From Octopus sinensis (Eukaryota): a stretch of 64,000 nucleotides of DNA. The translations under genes were made by a program, and so were the position numbers. How positions within the stretch are numbered: the stretch's first letter is position 1; the number at the start of each line of letters is the position of its first letter. The notes beneath the pieces are model-generated. The model saw nothing but the letters and a program-made list of their open reading frames with translations, did no database searches and was not told where the DNA came from. Positions 26,461 to 40,342 of the stretch are shown one piece after another. Location of the stretch: contig NC_043004.1 in assembly GCF_006345805.1 (NCBI RefSeq), positions 11,222,001 to 11,286,000 of the forward strand. The letters run 5' to 3'.

Positions 26461-27699
26461 TATCATGCAAGCAATGTGGAGAATCGGAGGAATCTGATTT
26501 CGAGGGAAGGTGAATCTATATCTTCAAACTTTCAATGTTGTCCTTTTCATTCTATGTATTTTACTGTGTTGGTCATAACATAATTTTTCTCAAAATTTCC
26601 TTTAACTGTAATACCACGAACAGTCAGCTGATATTGCCTTTAAGCGTTCATCCTCTTGTCTGTAAACAACAACCAACTTATTGGAATAATAATTTTACGT
26701 TTTCTTACGTTATAACTCGCACCTTTGAAGTTTTGACCTTCTTTGGCGGCATATTATAAAAAATGCGTTTTTTTTTCTATCTTCGGACTTTAAAACCTGT
26801 TACACAGTGATTTTCTGTGGTAGGCTTTACTTTTCCGTAAAAAAATATTCAAATTGCACTCCCCGCTGTCGTTTTCGTAATTTCGAGATAACACCATGTT
26901 TGAGGAGAATCGGGTATATTCTTGATGATAGCCATAGCTTTGATGATGTCTTGTTAGTAGGGGCCAACTTATATCTAAGTATCAAAGTAGCGTAACAGCA
27001 ACGAGCAAATAAAGGCGCCTCTTATGTGATGACTTGACTTCAAAGAAATAGCAACCAAGAATTCCTCATATAAACCTAAACTCATAAACAATGGAATGAG
27101 AAGAAGCTTTCGATGGATTTTTTGAGTCCGAGTAAAGTAAATTTTGATTATCATTTCATAGTGAGTGGTAGGAATACAGTGGAAAATATGATATATGAAA
27201 TGCCATGACTATAATTATTGATCTCATTGAAGGCGACGATTTATGACAAATATGTTGGAGCAACGTGCAAAGTGTCTTGAGGTAGTTCTGATCTCTTGAG
27301 TTCAAATATCATCGACGACAACTTTGTATTTCATGGTTTCTGGATCGATAAATGCAATGTCAGTCAGTTCATGTGATGGATTGTCGATATGCTAGAACTT
27401 TCGCTGAGTTCCTTTGCGTTGCATTTCAGCGGTTTACGATCTGACTTCAAACTCTACTCCTAATCACCGGCCTTATTTTGATTGAGAAACATACATTTGA
27501 AGCCTTGATAATAGCCAAGGGATTCCAAACTCACAGATAAGTAGGATTTCGGGCGCAAAAATGTGTTGAATGAACATTACAATGTAGTGGGAGGATCAAT
27601 ATTGTAGAAAATAGAAATGCGAAGAAAGAATCGAAATCCGAAGATAGGGAGAAAACATACATTCTTGTAAAATATGTAATCAAACTTGTATAGAAGCCT

Positions 27700-28000
27700 C
27701 TGAAAAGGTTGAAACTTTATAAAGCTTATGATTTAGGACGTAAGAAAGCGGAAGATTTGTATCACGAAAAAGTCAGCTTTGATATTTGCTTCTCGCTTAT
27801 GAGAAAAGTTTCTTATATGAGTAAAGAAATATAATATTATTTTAGTTGAACCACGTTTTTTGAACTTCTGCATTACGATACGCTTCAAATAGAGTGGGTT
27901 GTTGTTTCGTCTCTGGTGAATCAACATATCTTTGATCAAATGTGTTCGAGCCAAGATATTATCATCTTTTTTTTAATTATTAGGACTACGCCATACAATT
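27700..28000 (-). mobile_element. Very decayed mariner-like transposase remnant
   Basis: DMLIHQRRNNNPLYLKRIV resembles the mariner 'D.LL.R..NDPFL.RIVTGDE' segment; the rest is unrecognisable. Confidence 0.3.
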
Positions 28001-29204
28001 GCTCTTTCATTTTTAAAATAGTAAAGAATTTGGTTGCTATTTTATCATATTGTGTGTTGATATACTGGTTCGTTATGATTTTACTGGGGAACTATTAATA
28101 GTTTTACAAAACTGTTTCCATTCTATTGTCATACTTAAAATCTTACCAAAAATATCCACCTATCTAACTAAAAGACAACATATTGTAATAATAAATCTGT
28201 TTTCTCGCATACTATACCGTCTTCGTATTAAAAAATTCTTTGATCAACTTTTTATTCAAATTTAAATATTAAAGTATAGAAATTTCGTTTCGCATCACTG
28301 TTTTTCGAGGATTTAAAATCTTTAATGTAAATTTAATTAATGACTTTTCATGAACTTAAGTGTTAAAAATATTTTTCTTATTATACTTTCTAATTCATGT
28401 ATATATATATATATATATAAAATTCTATATTTATATTTTCACATAGAATTTTATTCTCAATTATATTTGATGCATTGCAGAAACAGAGACTGAACAGGTA
28501 ATATTACAATTTATATAATAAAAGCAAAATGAATAACTATTTTTTGACACTGCGGTCTTCAGGTATAGATTTTAATAACAAAATCCTAGATGCACTATTG
28601 ACAAGATGAAAAGACATCCCAGAAACTCCTTTGATCAATGATATGCCATTATAGCCTCACGTGGGATAGACGACAACAAAATAAAGAAAACGTGGTACAG
28701 TTCCCTTAAATACAAACGGACATTTTGATTATAATTAATTGATCGATAGATAGCAAATGACTATGCTATCTGCTTGGCTGAAGGTTTGCTGACGTTACTT
28801 ATAAAATGTTGTGTCGAGTAATAAGTATTTCATTATTGTGAATTTTGTTTATAATGTTTATGAACAAAATACATTTAGTAGAAAAACACAATTGGGGGGA
28901 AAAAAACATGCAGACAGACAAGAAGATTAAATGTACGGTAAAAAAAAAAAATTTTAAAACACAACTAAGAAATATATAGATAAATGTACACTTACTTATA
29001 AAAGTAGTTGTCTGTGAAAAAAAATGGATAAAGATTACAACATAAATACAATCAGGAAAAAACGCCATAAAAAAACTTATGGAGAGAAATAAAAAACAAA
29101 ACTTTGAACATAAATGAATACGAAGATGACAGAAGATAAAGACACATGCACAGGCTAATACTTACAAACACACACACAAACACACCCACACACTCACACG
29201 CATG

Positions 29205-29256
<52 letters not shown>

Positions 29257-29750
29257 CATATATACAAACACACTCGCACACATATATATATGATGATTAT
29301 ATGTATGTTTTCTCCATTTTGTAGCAAAAAAGCAAATATTGGTTTCCAAAACGAATATTCAACAGACACACAATCAGCATATGTGCCATCGTATATGGAA
29401 GAGTTCGATATTTCAATTACAGGTGAATTCGTATTTCAATGACGCCATTTCAATCCTACCAATCCTACCAATTTCAATCCTACCAATTTCACTAGAGCAA
29501 CTGGAGTCTATTCAGGCTAGGGTAATAGGCACTGCGTAATGGAATAAACTCTTTAAACACTCGGACAAGCCAGCATCCATATACGTGAGCTTTTATACAC
29601 ACACACACACACACACAAAACACACACACACACACATATAATGTACTGTTCCGTGGTAGAAAATTCAACAAAAAACTTAATTTATCTGGTGAGAGATATT
29701 CTTTATTTAGAGGACACAATACATGTCTTTAAGTGTTCATATTTTTATAT

Positions 29751-29966
29751 TCTTTTACTTGTTTCAGTCATTTGACTGTGGCCATGCTGGAGCACCGCCT
29801 TTAGTCGAGCAAATCGACCCCAGGCCTTATTCTTTGTAAGCCTAGTACCTATTCTATTGGTCTCTTTACCCGAACCGCTAATGTTACGGGGACGTAAACA
29901 CACCAGCATCGTTTGTCAAGCGATGATGAGGGGACAAACACAGACACATAAACATATACACACATG

Positions 29967-30055
<89 letters not shown>

Positions 30056-30195
30056 CGACGGGCTTCTTTCAGTTCCCGTCTACCAAATCCACTCACAAGG
30101 CTTTGGTCGGCCCGAGGCTATATTGCCACAGTGCCAGCAGTAAGACTGAACCGGGAATCATACGGTTGGTAAGCAAGCTATTTACCACACAGCCA
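29751..30195 (-). mobile_element. SINE family B
   Basis: Tail GGCGGTGCTCCAGCATGGCCACAGTCAAATGACTGAAAC on the minus strand; internal (CA)/(TA) tract; core partly deleted. Confidence 0.9.
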
Positions 30196-30672
30196 CTTGA
30201 TAAATATCTTAAATATATTCATTACACTGACGAATATGTGCGAGGAATTTCTCAGCATATGAAACTATTAGTAGCAATTAAAGGCATGTACTGTGTCCTT
30301 TAAATAAATAATGTATACATGTGTGTGCATTTGCGTGTGTGTGTATCTGTGTGGGTGGGTGTCTGTTTGTGTGCGTTTGTGTGCGAGTTTGTCCCCCAAC
30401 ACTACTGAACAGCCGGTATTGGTTTGTTTACGTCCCCTATCTTAGCGGTTCGGTAAAATAAGTTTAATGCATTATAAATAAGTACTGGGAACGGATGGAG
30501 CCACGGCATGGCCGCAGTCCAATACATGAAGCAAGTAAAAGCGGATTAAGCAAAGATGCACACTCGCAAAGCACAGGCACTCGCCTATACATATACATGT
30601 GACTGTATATATGTATATACACAAGTACATAAGTATGTGTATGAGTGCATGTATATTATATATATATCTATA

Positions 30673-30749
<77 letters not shown>

Positions 30750-30758
30750 CTCTCTCTC

Positions 30759-30790
<32 letters not shown>

Positions 30791-31158
30791 TATATATATA
30801 TCATAAACTTACTACAAGATTACAAGTGTCATCTCGTGTTAGTGCCAGTGTCAAAACACCTTTACCGGAATTATCCATTTTGATTGCACTTGGTTACTGC
30901 AACACCGCGATCAATCAACCTGTGAAATCATTTCAAGCATATTTATTCTTGTAAATAGATATAATTTAAATCTTAATACAATATTCTCAATATATATCGA
31001 TTGTTCTTTTCGTTGTCACATGAAATTTTCTTCATCACTTCACAAAGACCAACTTCACAGACTCACAAGCACACAGACACACACAAACACATGTATACAG
31101 CGGAAGATATGGAAGCGTTCTATAAAACTCTAGGTATATATATATATATATAAATATA

Positions 31159-31565
31159 GGCGCAGAAGTGGCTGTGTGGTAAGTAGCTTGCTTACGAACC
31201 ACATGGTTCCGGGTTCAGTCCCACTGCGTGACATCTTGGGCAAGTGTCTTCTGCTATAGCCCCGGGCCTACCAATGCCTTGTGAGTGGATTTGGTAGACG
31301 GAAACTGAAAGAAGGCTGTCGTATATATGTATATATATATATGTATGTGTATGTGTTTGTGTGTCTGTGTTTGTCCCCCTAGCATTGCTTGACAACCGAT
31401 GCTGGTGTGATTACGTCCCCGTCACCTAGCGGTTCGGCCAAAAGGGACCGATAGAATAAGTACTGGGCTTACAAAGAATAAGTCCCGGGGTCGATTTGCT
31501 CGACTAAAGGCGGTGCTCCAGCATGGCCGCAGTCAAATGACTGAAACAAGTAAAAAGAGTAAAAG
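31159..31565 (+). mobile_element. SINE family B, full length
   Basis: Head GGCGCAGAAGTGGCTGTGTGGTAAG...GGGTTCAGTCCC, CORE-like domain, two-hairpin tail; inserted in (AT)n. Confidence 0.92.
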
Positions 31566-31577
31566 AAAGGGAAAAAA

Positions 31578-31638
<61 letters not shown>

Positions 31639-32167
31639 TATATATATATATTTACATACAATGTATAATGTGTAGTAGTGTTTGTTTTTATGTTCAGTTA
31701 AAATAAAAACAATTTTAGATTAATCTGATAGGATAATCTATACATTTATAGTGTACAAATTTATCATTCTCATGCAAGAACCTTGTGACTTCGAAGATTC
31801 AGCAAGCTAAACTACGAAGACATACATACATACGCCCATATGCATCTATACGTATATGCGCAATCAGGTACACACATGCACATACATATATCTTGTGAAA
31901 GCAGATAACCTGTTAAATATGTCTATGTGTATGTCTGTTTATATGTGTCTGTATGAGGATGAAGTATGTTTGAGTTTGTATAGAGATTAATAGATTATTA
32001 AATATATGTATACTCTAATATATTGAGTCATAGGGAAAAATTTTTAGTTAAAACGCTTCAAGAAATGTAAAGCTTTCGAAAAACGTGTCTAAATATTCTA
32101 ATTATATAAAGAATGCAAACTACGCATATCCTATTCATACTAGTCTATAAAATGTATATTTTTGACT

Positions 32168-32556
32168 GGCGGCGCAATGGCCCAGTGGTTAGGGCAGCGG
32201 ACTCGCGGTCGGAGGATTGCGGTTTCGATTCCCAGACCGGGCGTTGTGAGTGTTTATTGAGCGACAACACCTAAAGCTCCACGAGGCTCCGGCAGGGGAT
32301 GGTGGTGGTGAACCCTGCTGTTCTCTTTCACCACAACTTTCTCTCGCTCTTTCTTCCTGTTTCTCTTGTACCTGTATTTCAAAGGGCCAGCCTTGTCACA
32401 ATCTGTGTCACGCTGAATCTCCTCGAGAACTACGTTAAGGGTACACGTGCCTGTGGTGTGCTCGGCCACTTGCACGTTAATATCACGAGCAAGCTGTTCC
32501 GTTGATCGTATCAGCTGGAACCCTCATCGTCGCAACCGACGGAGTGCTCCTACTAC
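32168..32556 (+). mobile_element. SINE family C, full length
   Basis: tRNA-like head (TGGCCCAGTGG A box, GTTTCGATTCC B box) and TSD TATTTTTGACT at 32157 and 32557. Confidence 0.9.
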
Positions 32557-32687
32557 TATTTTTGACTATTTTTTTCCTAATGAACAGTTGAATGGTAATT
32601 CTTTGATCATATCTTAAATTCAAATTACGATGAACCTAAACAAACAAACGAAGTTTGCTTTACAAGCGTTGAGATGTGTTAGAAAGT

Positions 32688-33001
32688 TAAAGAAGTGATT
32701 TTAAATTCTCAAACGTAGGATAATGCTAATAATATAACCTGAACAGCTACCCCTATTTTGCAGAAAAGAATTGTTGGTGGCCGGCTATGAGACTCGAACT
32801 CACACCTCCGTGATTACTCGTCACGCTGCGGGCGGTCTAGCATAAAGGTTTAGAGCACCGCGATGCGTAATCACGGAGGTGTGAGTTCGAGTCTCACAGC
32901 AGGCCGCCAACACTTTTTTCTGCAAAATATGGGCAGCTTATCCTGTTCAGGCTATATTATTAGCATTATCCTGCGTTTGAGAATTTAAAATCACTTCTTT
33001 A
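32688..33001. repeat. 314-bp fold-back containing a tRNA(Thr)-like Pol III unit
   Basis: Arms 32688-32825 and ~32859-33001 are reverse complements with scattered mismatches. tRNA-like sequence at 32831-32909 is followed by TTTTTT at 32914-32919. Confidence 0.85.
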
Positions 33002-33382
33002 TACACATGTGTAGATAAATAATTGCCCAAGCGTATGTGTATGTCTGTTTATTGAATATCGTCGTACATGCATCTACATGTAGTGTACGGGGGAATGTGT
33101 GCTGAAAAGTCCCTGGCTTTAAGGATGTCGCGAAAGGCCTTGTTGTAGATCCAACCTTCCGAGTTCTCTTATAGAAAAAGTCAAGGACCGCTACAAAAAA
33201 TGTTCTAACCTCTCTCATATTCTCTCTCTCTCGCTTCCTTTTCTTCTACAATTTCATGCCCTATGGTAATAAGTGCTGGATGGATATTTCACACTTCTCA
33301 GGCTGTCTGGAATTAGTTACCAGTCATCTATTCATATATATATATAAGATAGGGTTTGAAAGTAGCAGAGTCCAGGAGAGTG

Positions 33383-33423
<41 letters not shown>

Positions 33424-33552
33424 TCTTATAAGCAAAGGCTAAAGAAAGTTTTCTAAAGCCAATATACTGAAATCCACGTTTAATCTACTTGCTACAGAAA
33501 GTTGAACTGAAATGCGGGCAACTCTACCTTTGGAACATTTAAATTTCGTTAT

Positions 33553-33611
33553 CTTAATATTGAATCAATTTCGGAATCAACACTATAAGTGTTCGTTCGT
33601 CTTCAGTTAAG
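33553..33611 (-). ncRNA. Type-I hammerhead ribozyme motif (canonical core CUGAAGA)
   Basis: CUUAA-CUGAAGA-CGAACGAACACU-UAU-AGUGUUGAUUCC-GAAA-UUGAUUCAA-UA-UUAAG, inside an AT-flanked cassette at ~33420-33690. Confidence 0.75.
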
Positions 33612-33687
33612 CTTACGAGAGAATATAAGTGAGATACTCACACGTGCCCCTGGAATACAGCGGAAGCGAATAACACAAGCATATCTG

Positions 33688-33733
<46 letters not shown>

Positions 33734-33743
33734 TATATACATA

Positions 33744-34082
33744 TATTTCTCTACTACCCACAAGGGGCTAAACATAGAGGGGAGAAACAAAGACAGACAA
33801 AGGGATTAAGTAAATTACATCGACCCAGTGCGAAACTGGTACTTTATTTATCGACCCCTAAAGAATGAAAGGCAAAGTCGACCTCGGCGGAATTTGACCT
33901 CAGAACGTCTGCCGTTACGTTCTGAGTTCAAATTCCGCCGAAGTCGACTTTGCCTTTCATCCTTTCGGGGTCGATAAATTAAGTACCACTTACGCACTGG
34001 GGTCTATATAATCGACTTAATCCGTTTGTCTGTCCTTGTTTGTCTCCTCTGTGTTTAGCCCCTTGTTGGTTGTAAAGAAATA
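33744..34082. mobile_element. Two headless SINE family A units joined head-to-head (fold-back)
   Basis: Minus unit 33744-33908 and plus unit ~33906-34082; both tails point outward into (AT)n. Confidence 0.9.
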
Positions 34083-35010
34083 TATAATATATATATATGT
34101 ATAGTCTACTCTCCTGAGCTCTGCTACTTTCAAACACTCTCTTTCACAAAAGACAGGAACACCAAAGCTCATATTTTTCCAGTAGCTGTCAATCTTTAAT
34201 CATACCAAACGGAATCAGTGTACATAAGCAGTTTTTCTGCTTTTGTTCTATGTTTTGATATATTAGCTAGCAAAGCTAAAAGTTTTTAAAAACACGTCTG
34301 TCATATTACAGAAATACACACCAGTGGTCCAGCAAACACTTATTGTAAATTTCTTCGTTATTTCTCAATCGATTATGTTCAAATCGTGACACGAACTTGC
34401 ACGTCTACTTTCTTATCAAAACCAAAGAGTCATAGATTTGATTGTTATTTATACCGCCTATGTGTGTGAGAGAATGTGTGTGTGTATTTGTATATGTAGT
34501 GTATGTGTACGAGTCTGTGTTTGTGTGTGTGTGTGTGTTGTGTGTGTATTTGTATTCGCGAAAAGATTCATTGGTATGTAAGATTGTTCACAGACAAATC
34601 AATTGATGTGATTTCAAGAACAATTTTATGAAACCTTTCAAGTCAGAAATAGTCATGTAAAGAAAGGACAAACCGAAAATATTTTAATATTTTCATTTGT
34701 AGAAGTTCTCCTCGAGGTTTCCTAAATCGTTGTTTCATTTCAAATCGTTATTTCACATAAGTATACAATGTGAGTTTTGAGGTTTCACATGGACAATGAA
34801 ATGACGAATAGGAAATACGGGCTGTTATTAAGCGACTGAATTCCGCCATATCATTCCTAAAGACCGTCAACAACAATGCATGTTGAATCAGATTTTTAAG
34901 TGAATACAGGTGAATGTATATTCTTATCTCCCTCTCCTCCCTCTTTCGGTCTCTCTCTTCTTTTATGTTTCTCTCTTTGTTCCTTTATCACTCTTTCACT
35001 CACCCCCCCT

Positions 35011-35092
<82 letters not shown>

Positions 35093-35477
35093 GTATGTTT
35101 CTTTGTCTCTCAGTCTACCTATCTTTCTATGTATTTATAGATTAACAATCTATCCAGGTATCTATATATCTATCAGTATATACATATACGTAAACATATA
35201 TACATATACATACATATACAAAGGCACACTCACATATATCTTCGTACATGCACACATAAGCACCTACTATTATGGTATATATACTTACAGACAAACGCAT
35301 ATACACCATGTGTACGTATGTATATATATTATATTATATATGGACTATAGTTTGTATTTTCATATATATATATATATATATACTACATTATATATTGAAA
35401 AAATAATACACATAATGCATGTATTATTTTTTATATATGTATGTATGTATATATTTATATATATATATATATATATA

Positions 35478-35524
<47 letters not shown>

Positions 35525-35530
<6 letters not shown>

Positions 35531-35637
35531 CATAACTGCATATACGTGTGTAAGTATTTATATAGATACGTAAATAAACATACATGTATACATTATAATA
35601 ATACCATTTACATATTCATATATTTATATATATATTA

Positions 35638-35685
<48 letters not shown>

Positions 35686-35787
35686 TATATATATTCATAA
35701 CTGCATATACGTGTGTAAGTATTTATATAGATACGTAAATAAACATACATGTATACATTATAATAATACCATTTACATATTCATATA
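35525..35787. repeat. Direct duplication of a ~95-bp unit separated by (AT)n
   Basis: TTCATAACTGCATATACGTGTGTAAG...CCATTTACATATTCATA occurs twice with no visible difference. Confidence 0.9.
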
Positions 35788-36544
35788 TGAACACACAAAG
35801 TCTTATTATCTGCCAGCAGACTTCATAGATTAACACTAATAAATGGGGAACTGTTGCTGGTGTGGAAATAGTATAATTAGCACTGAAAATTCTATAATGC
35901 TTCCCCCAAACTTTAATATGTAATTAAAATATTCATTGATGAAGTTGGTAGACATCTATTGCAGACAGGACAAACGCCTGGAGCATGAAATAATCATATC
36001 TGCTTGCTTTATGTTCGTCTTCAAATATAATGCAAAAGTTACGACAACAGAAGACCAATGTTTCACCCTGTCATCCGTATTGGTCATCAGCACATATCAA
36101 TATTCAATAATAGCTATACACACATACATACGTATATACGTACAGACATGCATACACACGTACCTATTATACATTCATACATATATGCAGACCTACAAGC
36201 AGATTTTCATGAAGACATGGCTCTTTAACACATATACCACTATGTATTATATATATATATATACGACGAGCTTCTTACAGTTTCCGTTTACAAAGTCCAC
36301 TCCTCACAAGACGTTGGTCGAAGCTATAGTAGAAGACAGTTACGCAAGGTGCCACGAAGTGGAACTGAACCATGGGGTTGGGAAGCAAGCTTCTTACCAC
36401 ACTTACACATAAGGTGAATATGTATGTATTTATATGCGCATATATGTATTTCATATTACTGCTCTGAACTCGAATAACACTGAGTTCTGGCGCCTGATTA
36501 TTAGTATCTTCAAATGTAAGCGATATACATATATATATATATAT

Positions 36545-37250
36545 TGTGAGTTCCTTTTTCTCCTGAAGAGTATTTTCTTGACAGCTACTTAGTCTATTTG
36601 GCTGAGCCAATATCAGTCCAACTTGGGGCGGGCTTTTTGCTATTTCAACTATGCTTTGTGTATATTGAAACAACTTCATTTCTTCTTGTATGATTGCCAG
36701 TATACTTAAGTCATATATTATTTACTGTTTTGTGAAGCTATTGTCTATGATTGTCATCGTATCATTTGTGAATATGATGGGTTCCCGATTTATTATCAGA
36801 TTCTTTACTTTATTTCGATTATCATTTGATATATAGTACCAACATTGTATCGTTGTTTCTCGTCTTCCCTCATATGATTGCCCAGCATGGTTGTTGCCCC
36901 AGCGTAGTTTATCAAGATTCTTTACATGCTCTTTTCCTCTGAAATCATTTTCTTTATACATATTTTCGTATATCTGTTTAGTTGGCGTAAGTCTGTTACT
37001 TCTTATAGAAAACACGAGTATTATTTATTCATACCTTTTCATCTGATGGTTGGATGTTACTTTGTACCTATCTTTAGGTTACGTTATCGTATCTCGTTTT
37101 GCTAAGTTATTTGCCATTCTATAGCTTTTCCCTGGCCAGGTCAGTGGATAGCTGATCTCTCTGCCAAACCTCACCTAGTCCTTTTGCTCTTAAAACATTC
37201 TGTTTGCTCATAAATTGCTATCATTACCAATATTTTTATTTTATATTCGT
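36545..37250 (-). mobile_element. Highly decayed LINE 5' region (possible ORF1 end/APE endonuclease)
   Basis: Broken frames give APE-like pieces (SYEGRRETTIQ, EP..NDTMTI, VYWQS...IAKSP). Weak match. Confidence 0.3.
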
Positions 37251-38054
37251 TTTTTTGGGAATTTGTTTATTCTGTTTGCTAGGTTATGCTGTTGGTGTTA
37301 CCATATAAGTGACCTCAATGCCACTGTAACTGTTGTTATGCAATCCGTTGTTTAACCTACCTGTTTTTAATTACTATATTAACTAATCTTTCTCTGAGGT
37401 TTCTAACATGATATCACTTGTCTCTTGTGTCTGTTCTCCGAGCATAGTTGATCCGTAATTAAATAGAATTTTTCAACGTTATACAGGCGCCATATATAGG
37501 AAAGCTAACCCAATTATTTCTTTGTGCGTATTTATATGTTTTAAATTATCTCAAGCGTATACTTCAATGAAAAAGACCGCATTACTTTACTTTCATGCTA
37601 AGGCATTTTAAAAAGGCGTTAAGCAAACCCTCACTCTTTCCGGTACATCAACAAAAGTAAAGCCACTAAGTTGGTTACCCATGTATGAGGTTGGATGACC
37701 ACCTGCACACCACATACAATCAAATACAGAATCGTATAGAAATCCATGCCTTATGTAAATAGATCTAAGATATGTAATTAATGCGTAGCTGGAAGGTCGC
37801 GCATTCATTCTAGATTTAAGAATTCCATCGAATTCCTTAATTCCAGATCCGAAATATTAAGCAGATGCTAGTATGTGGACATTTCCTTTTGGCGAAATGG
37901 AGGACACCACACTCTCCGTTGAATTTTTCCCAAAATAGATTAATTATAACTTCTCAAATCCCGGGGGGCGTAACCCTATCATTCTTCATTTTATTTTTCC
38001 GCTTTTTCCATTTTTATTCACCCATTCACTTCATCAACCTTCTTCTCGTGATTT

Positions 38055-38238
38055 CTGGGCGAAATATTTAGCGGCATTTCGGTCATCTTTACGTTCTGAG
38101 TTGAAATTCTACCCGTATCAACATTGCGTTTCATTTTTTGGGGTCGATAAATTAGGTACCAGTCGAGCACTAGAGACGATGTAGTCAACTTACCCTCTAC
38201 TCCTAACTCACTGGCTTCATGCCAAAATTTGAAACCAG
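38055..38238 (+). mobile_element. SINE family A, diverged
   Basis: GGGCGAAATATTTAGCGGCATTTC...GGGTCGATAAATTAGGTACC...AAATTTGAAACC. Confidence 0.75.
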
Positions 38239-38942
38239 TATTTTGCCCGAGGCATATGTGATAAGAAACTTTTCGTGATGCGTAGTTTTTAAGCGTGGGC
38301 GGAGGAGGAAATAATTCTGGAGGTAATTATTCACGGTAGCTTATAGTCATTAGTAACTCTGATGAGCTGTTGATATTTAGATGATGTTCATACAGAAGCT
38401 ATTATTACAAATATGTCCTGTACTAAACCTATTGTTTTTCTCATTTCCCTAGTTGTCTACCAGGTGTGAAGTGTTTTCAAATGACTTACCATCAACAGCC
38501 ATAGCATTTTGGAATATATGGAAACTAAACGCGAGCGTTTTCTGCCTGTGTTTCGTTCTGCTGCATTACTATATTCCCAATGGAGAAATTCAGAAACAGC
38601 TGGTCTCTATTAAGCTTTTTAGAAATGGGAATCTACCTCCTTTCTGAAACATTAACCACATTTAATCTGCAAGGAAAAAATATTATTGTCATTTTCCTGA
38701 CATTCTAAATATAAGTGAAATAAATTCGCTTAACTATTCTATCAGGGAGTTTGGCAAATATTTTGATAGACATATAGACTGTGTAACAATGTAAAGAAAG
38801 AAAAACTGTGTGAATTGATTACTTGAAATGTTAGCAATGTTTTACTCGTATATGTTCAGGTTTAGCTCTTCGGCAAGACGGCAGCAAACAATACAAGATT
38901 ACGTTCAAAAATCAATCCATCCATACACACATACATGCACAT

Positions 38943-39006
<64 letters not shown>

Positions 39007-39074
39007 ACACACACACACACACAGACAATTTCTTGCCGAACAACCACACACATGATTTGTTTAAAATGATCGAA

Positions 39075-39284
39075 TATTTGTGTAGACATAAGTTCACTCC
39101 CTCCATCAAATCAACATTTACCTGTACAAGTGCAACAGATGACACATGTCATATGCCAAAGTGACCACTGAGCAACGTGAAATGATGTGCTTTGATCAAC
39201 GACACAACGCAAGGACCGTTCTAGGAATCGGGCCCACGATCTCGCAACTGTGATTGCAAAACCTTATCCACTGAGCCATGCACC
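39075..39284 (-). mobile_element. SINE with family D-like head and an alternative tail
   Basis: Head GGTGCATGGCTCAGTGGATAAGG. The tail is shared (inverted) with 40790-40862. Confidence 0.65.
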
Positions 39285-39303
39285 TTTACCCCTTAACCAC
39301 AGA

Positions 39304-39350
<47 letters not shown>

Positions 39351-39363
39351 TATTATATATATA

Positions 39364-39416
<53 letters not shown>

Positions 39417-39461
39417 ACCTTTGTGTGTGCATGTGTGTGTGTGTATGTGTGTACAATATTT

Positions 39462-39679
39462 ATTTTCATTGTTTCAGTCATTTGATTAAGGATATGTTGA
39501 AAGACTCACTGCCTTGCAGAGATTTTAGTCGCAGAAATAGACCCCAAAACTTACTTTTTGTAAGCCTAGTATTTATTCTATCGGACTTATTGGCAGAAAC
39601 GCAAAGTCAAGGGGACGTAAACACTCCAATATCGGTTGTCAAACGATGGTGGGGGGCAAACACAGACAAAAACACACAA

Positions 39680-39718
<39 letters not shown>

Positions 39719-40105
39719 CGGAGATGTACTCGCATAGCAAGTAATTTGATCTGAGATCGTGTGCTGAAACGAAAACAATTGCAGCGTGGAAGGTGTTTAT
39801 AAGCCATTTAAGAAACACACAAAAGCCGTTCGATTCACTTCAACATTTAAGTTTAATTTGTCAAAATATTTTCGTCGCTAAAATCCGCGACCTGTTCACT
39901 GACAAAGTCCGTGCTGCATATATATATATATATACATATATAAGTATATACGACGGGCTTCTTTCAGTTTCCGCCCACTAAATCCACTCACAAGGATTTG
40001 GTCAGCCCGAGGCTATAGCAGAAGACACTTGTCAAACGTGCCACTCAGTGGGGCTGAACATGGATCCATGTGGTTGAGAAGCAAGCTGCTTACCATACAG
40101 CCTTA
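39462..40105 (-). mobile_element. SINE family B split by a hammerhead cassette inserted in its internal (AT)n
   Basis: Head/core at 40105-39950 and tail half at 39675-39462; foreign 200 bp at ~39717-39918. Confidence 0.8.
39857..39906 (-). ncRNA. Minimal type-I hammerhead with compensatory G3-C8 core (GUGAACA)
   Basis: UUUGUCA-GUGAACA-G-GUCGC-GGAUUUUA-GCGAC-GAAA-AUAU-UU-UGACAAA: 7-bp helix I, 5-bp helix II, palindromic AAAAUAUUUU. Confidence 0.75.
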
Positions 40106-40109
40106 TACA

Positions 40110-40202
<93 letters not shown>

Positions 40203-40287
40203 ATATATTTACACATACATATATGTGCATATATAAACACACATACATATATATATATATACATACATATATCTTCTCTCTCTCCCG

Positions 40288-40321
<34 letters not shown>

Positions 40322-40342
40322 TGTGTCTAGGGGAGCCGCATT

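Noticed and set aside
32831-32909. Functional tRNA-Thr gene
   Set aside because: Extra 4 nt before the 3' acceptor strand, mispaired D and anticodon stems, and an inverted duplicate indicate a tRNA-derived repeat.
35525-35787. Identical ~95-bp duplication as a biological signal
   Set aside because: Zero divergence and AT-tract boundaries make an assembly or slippage artefact as likely as a real event.
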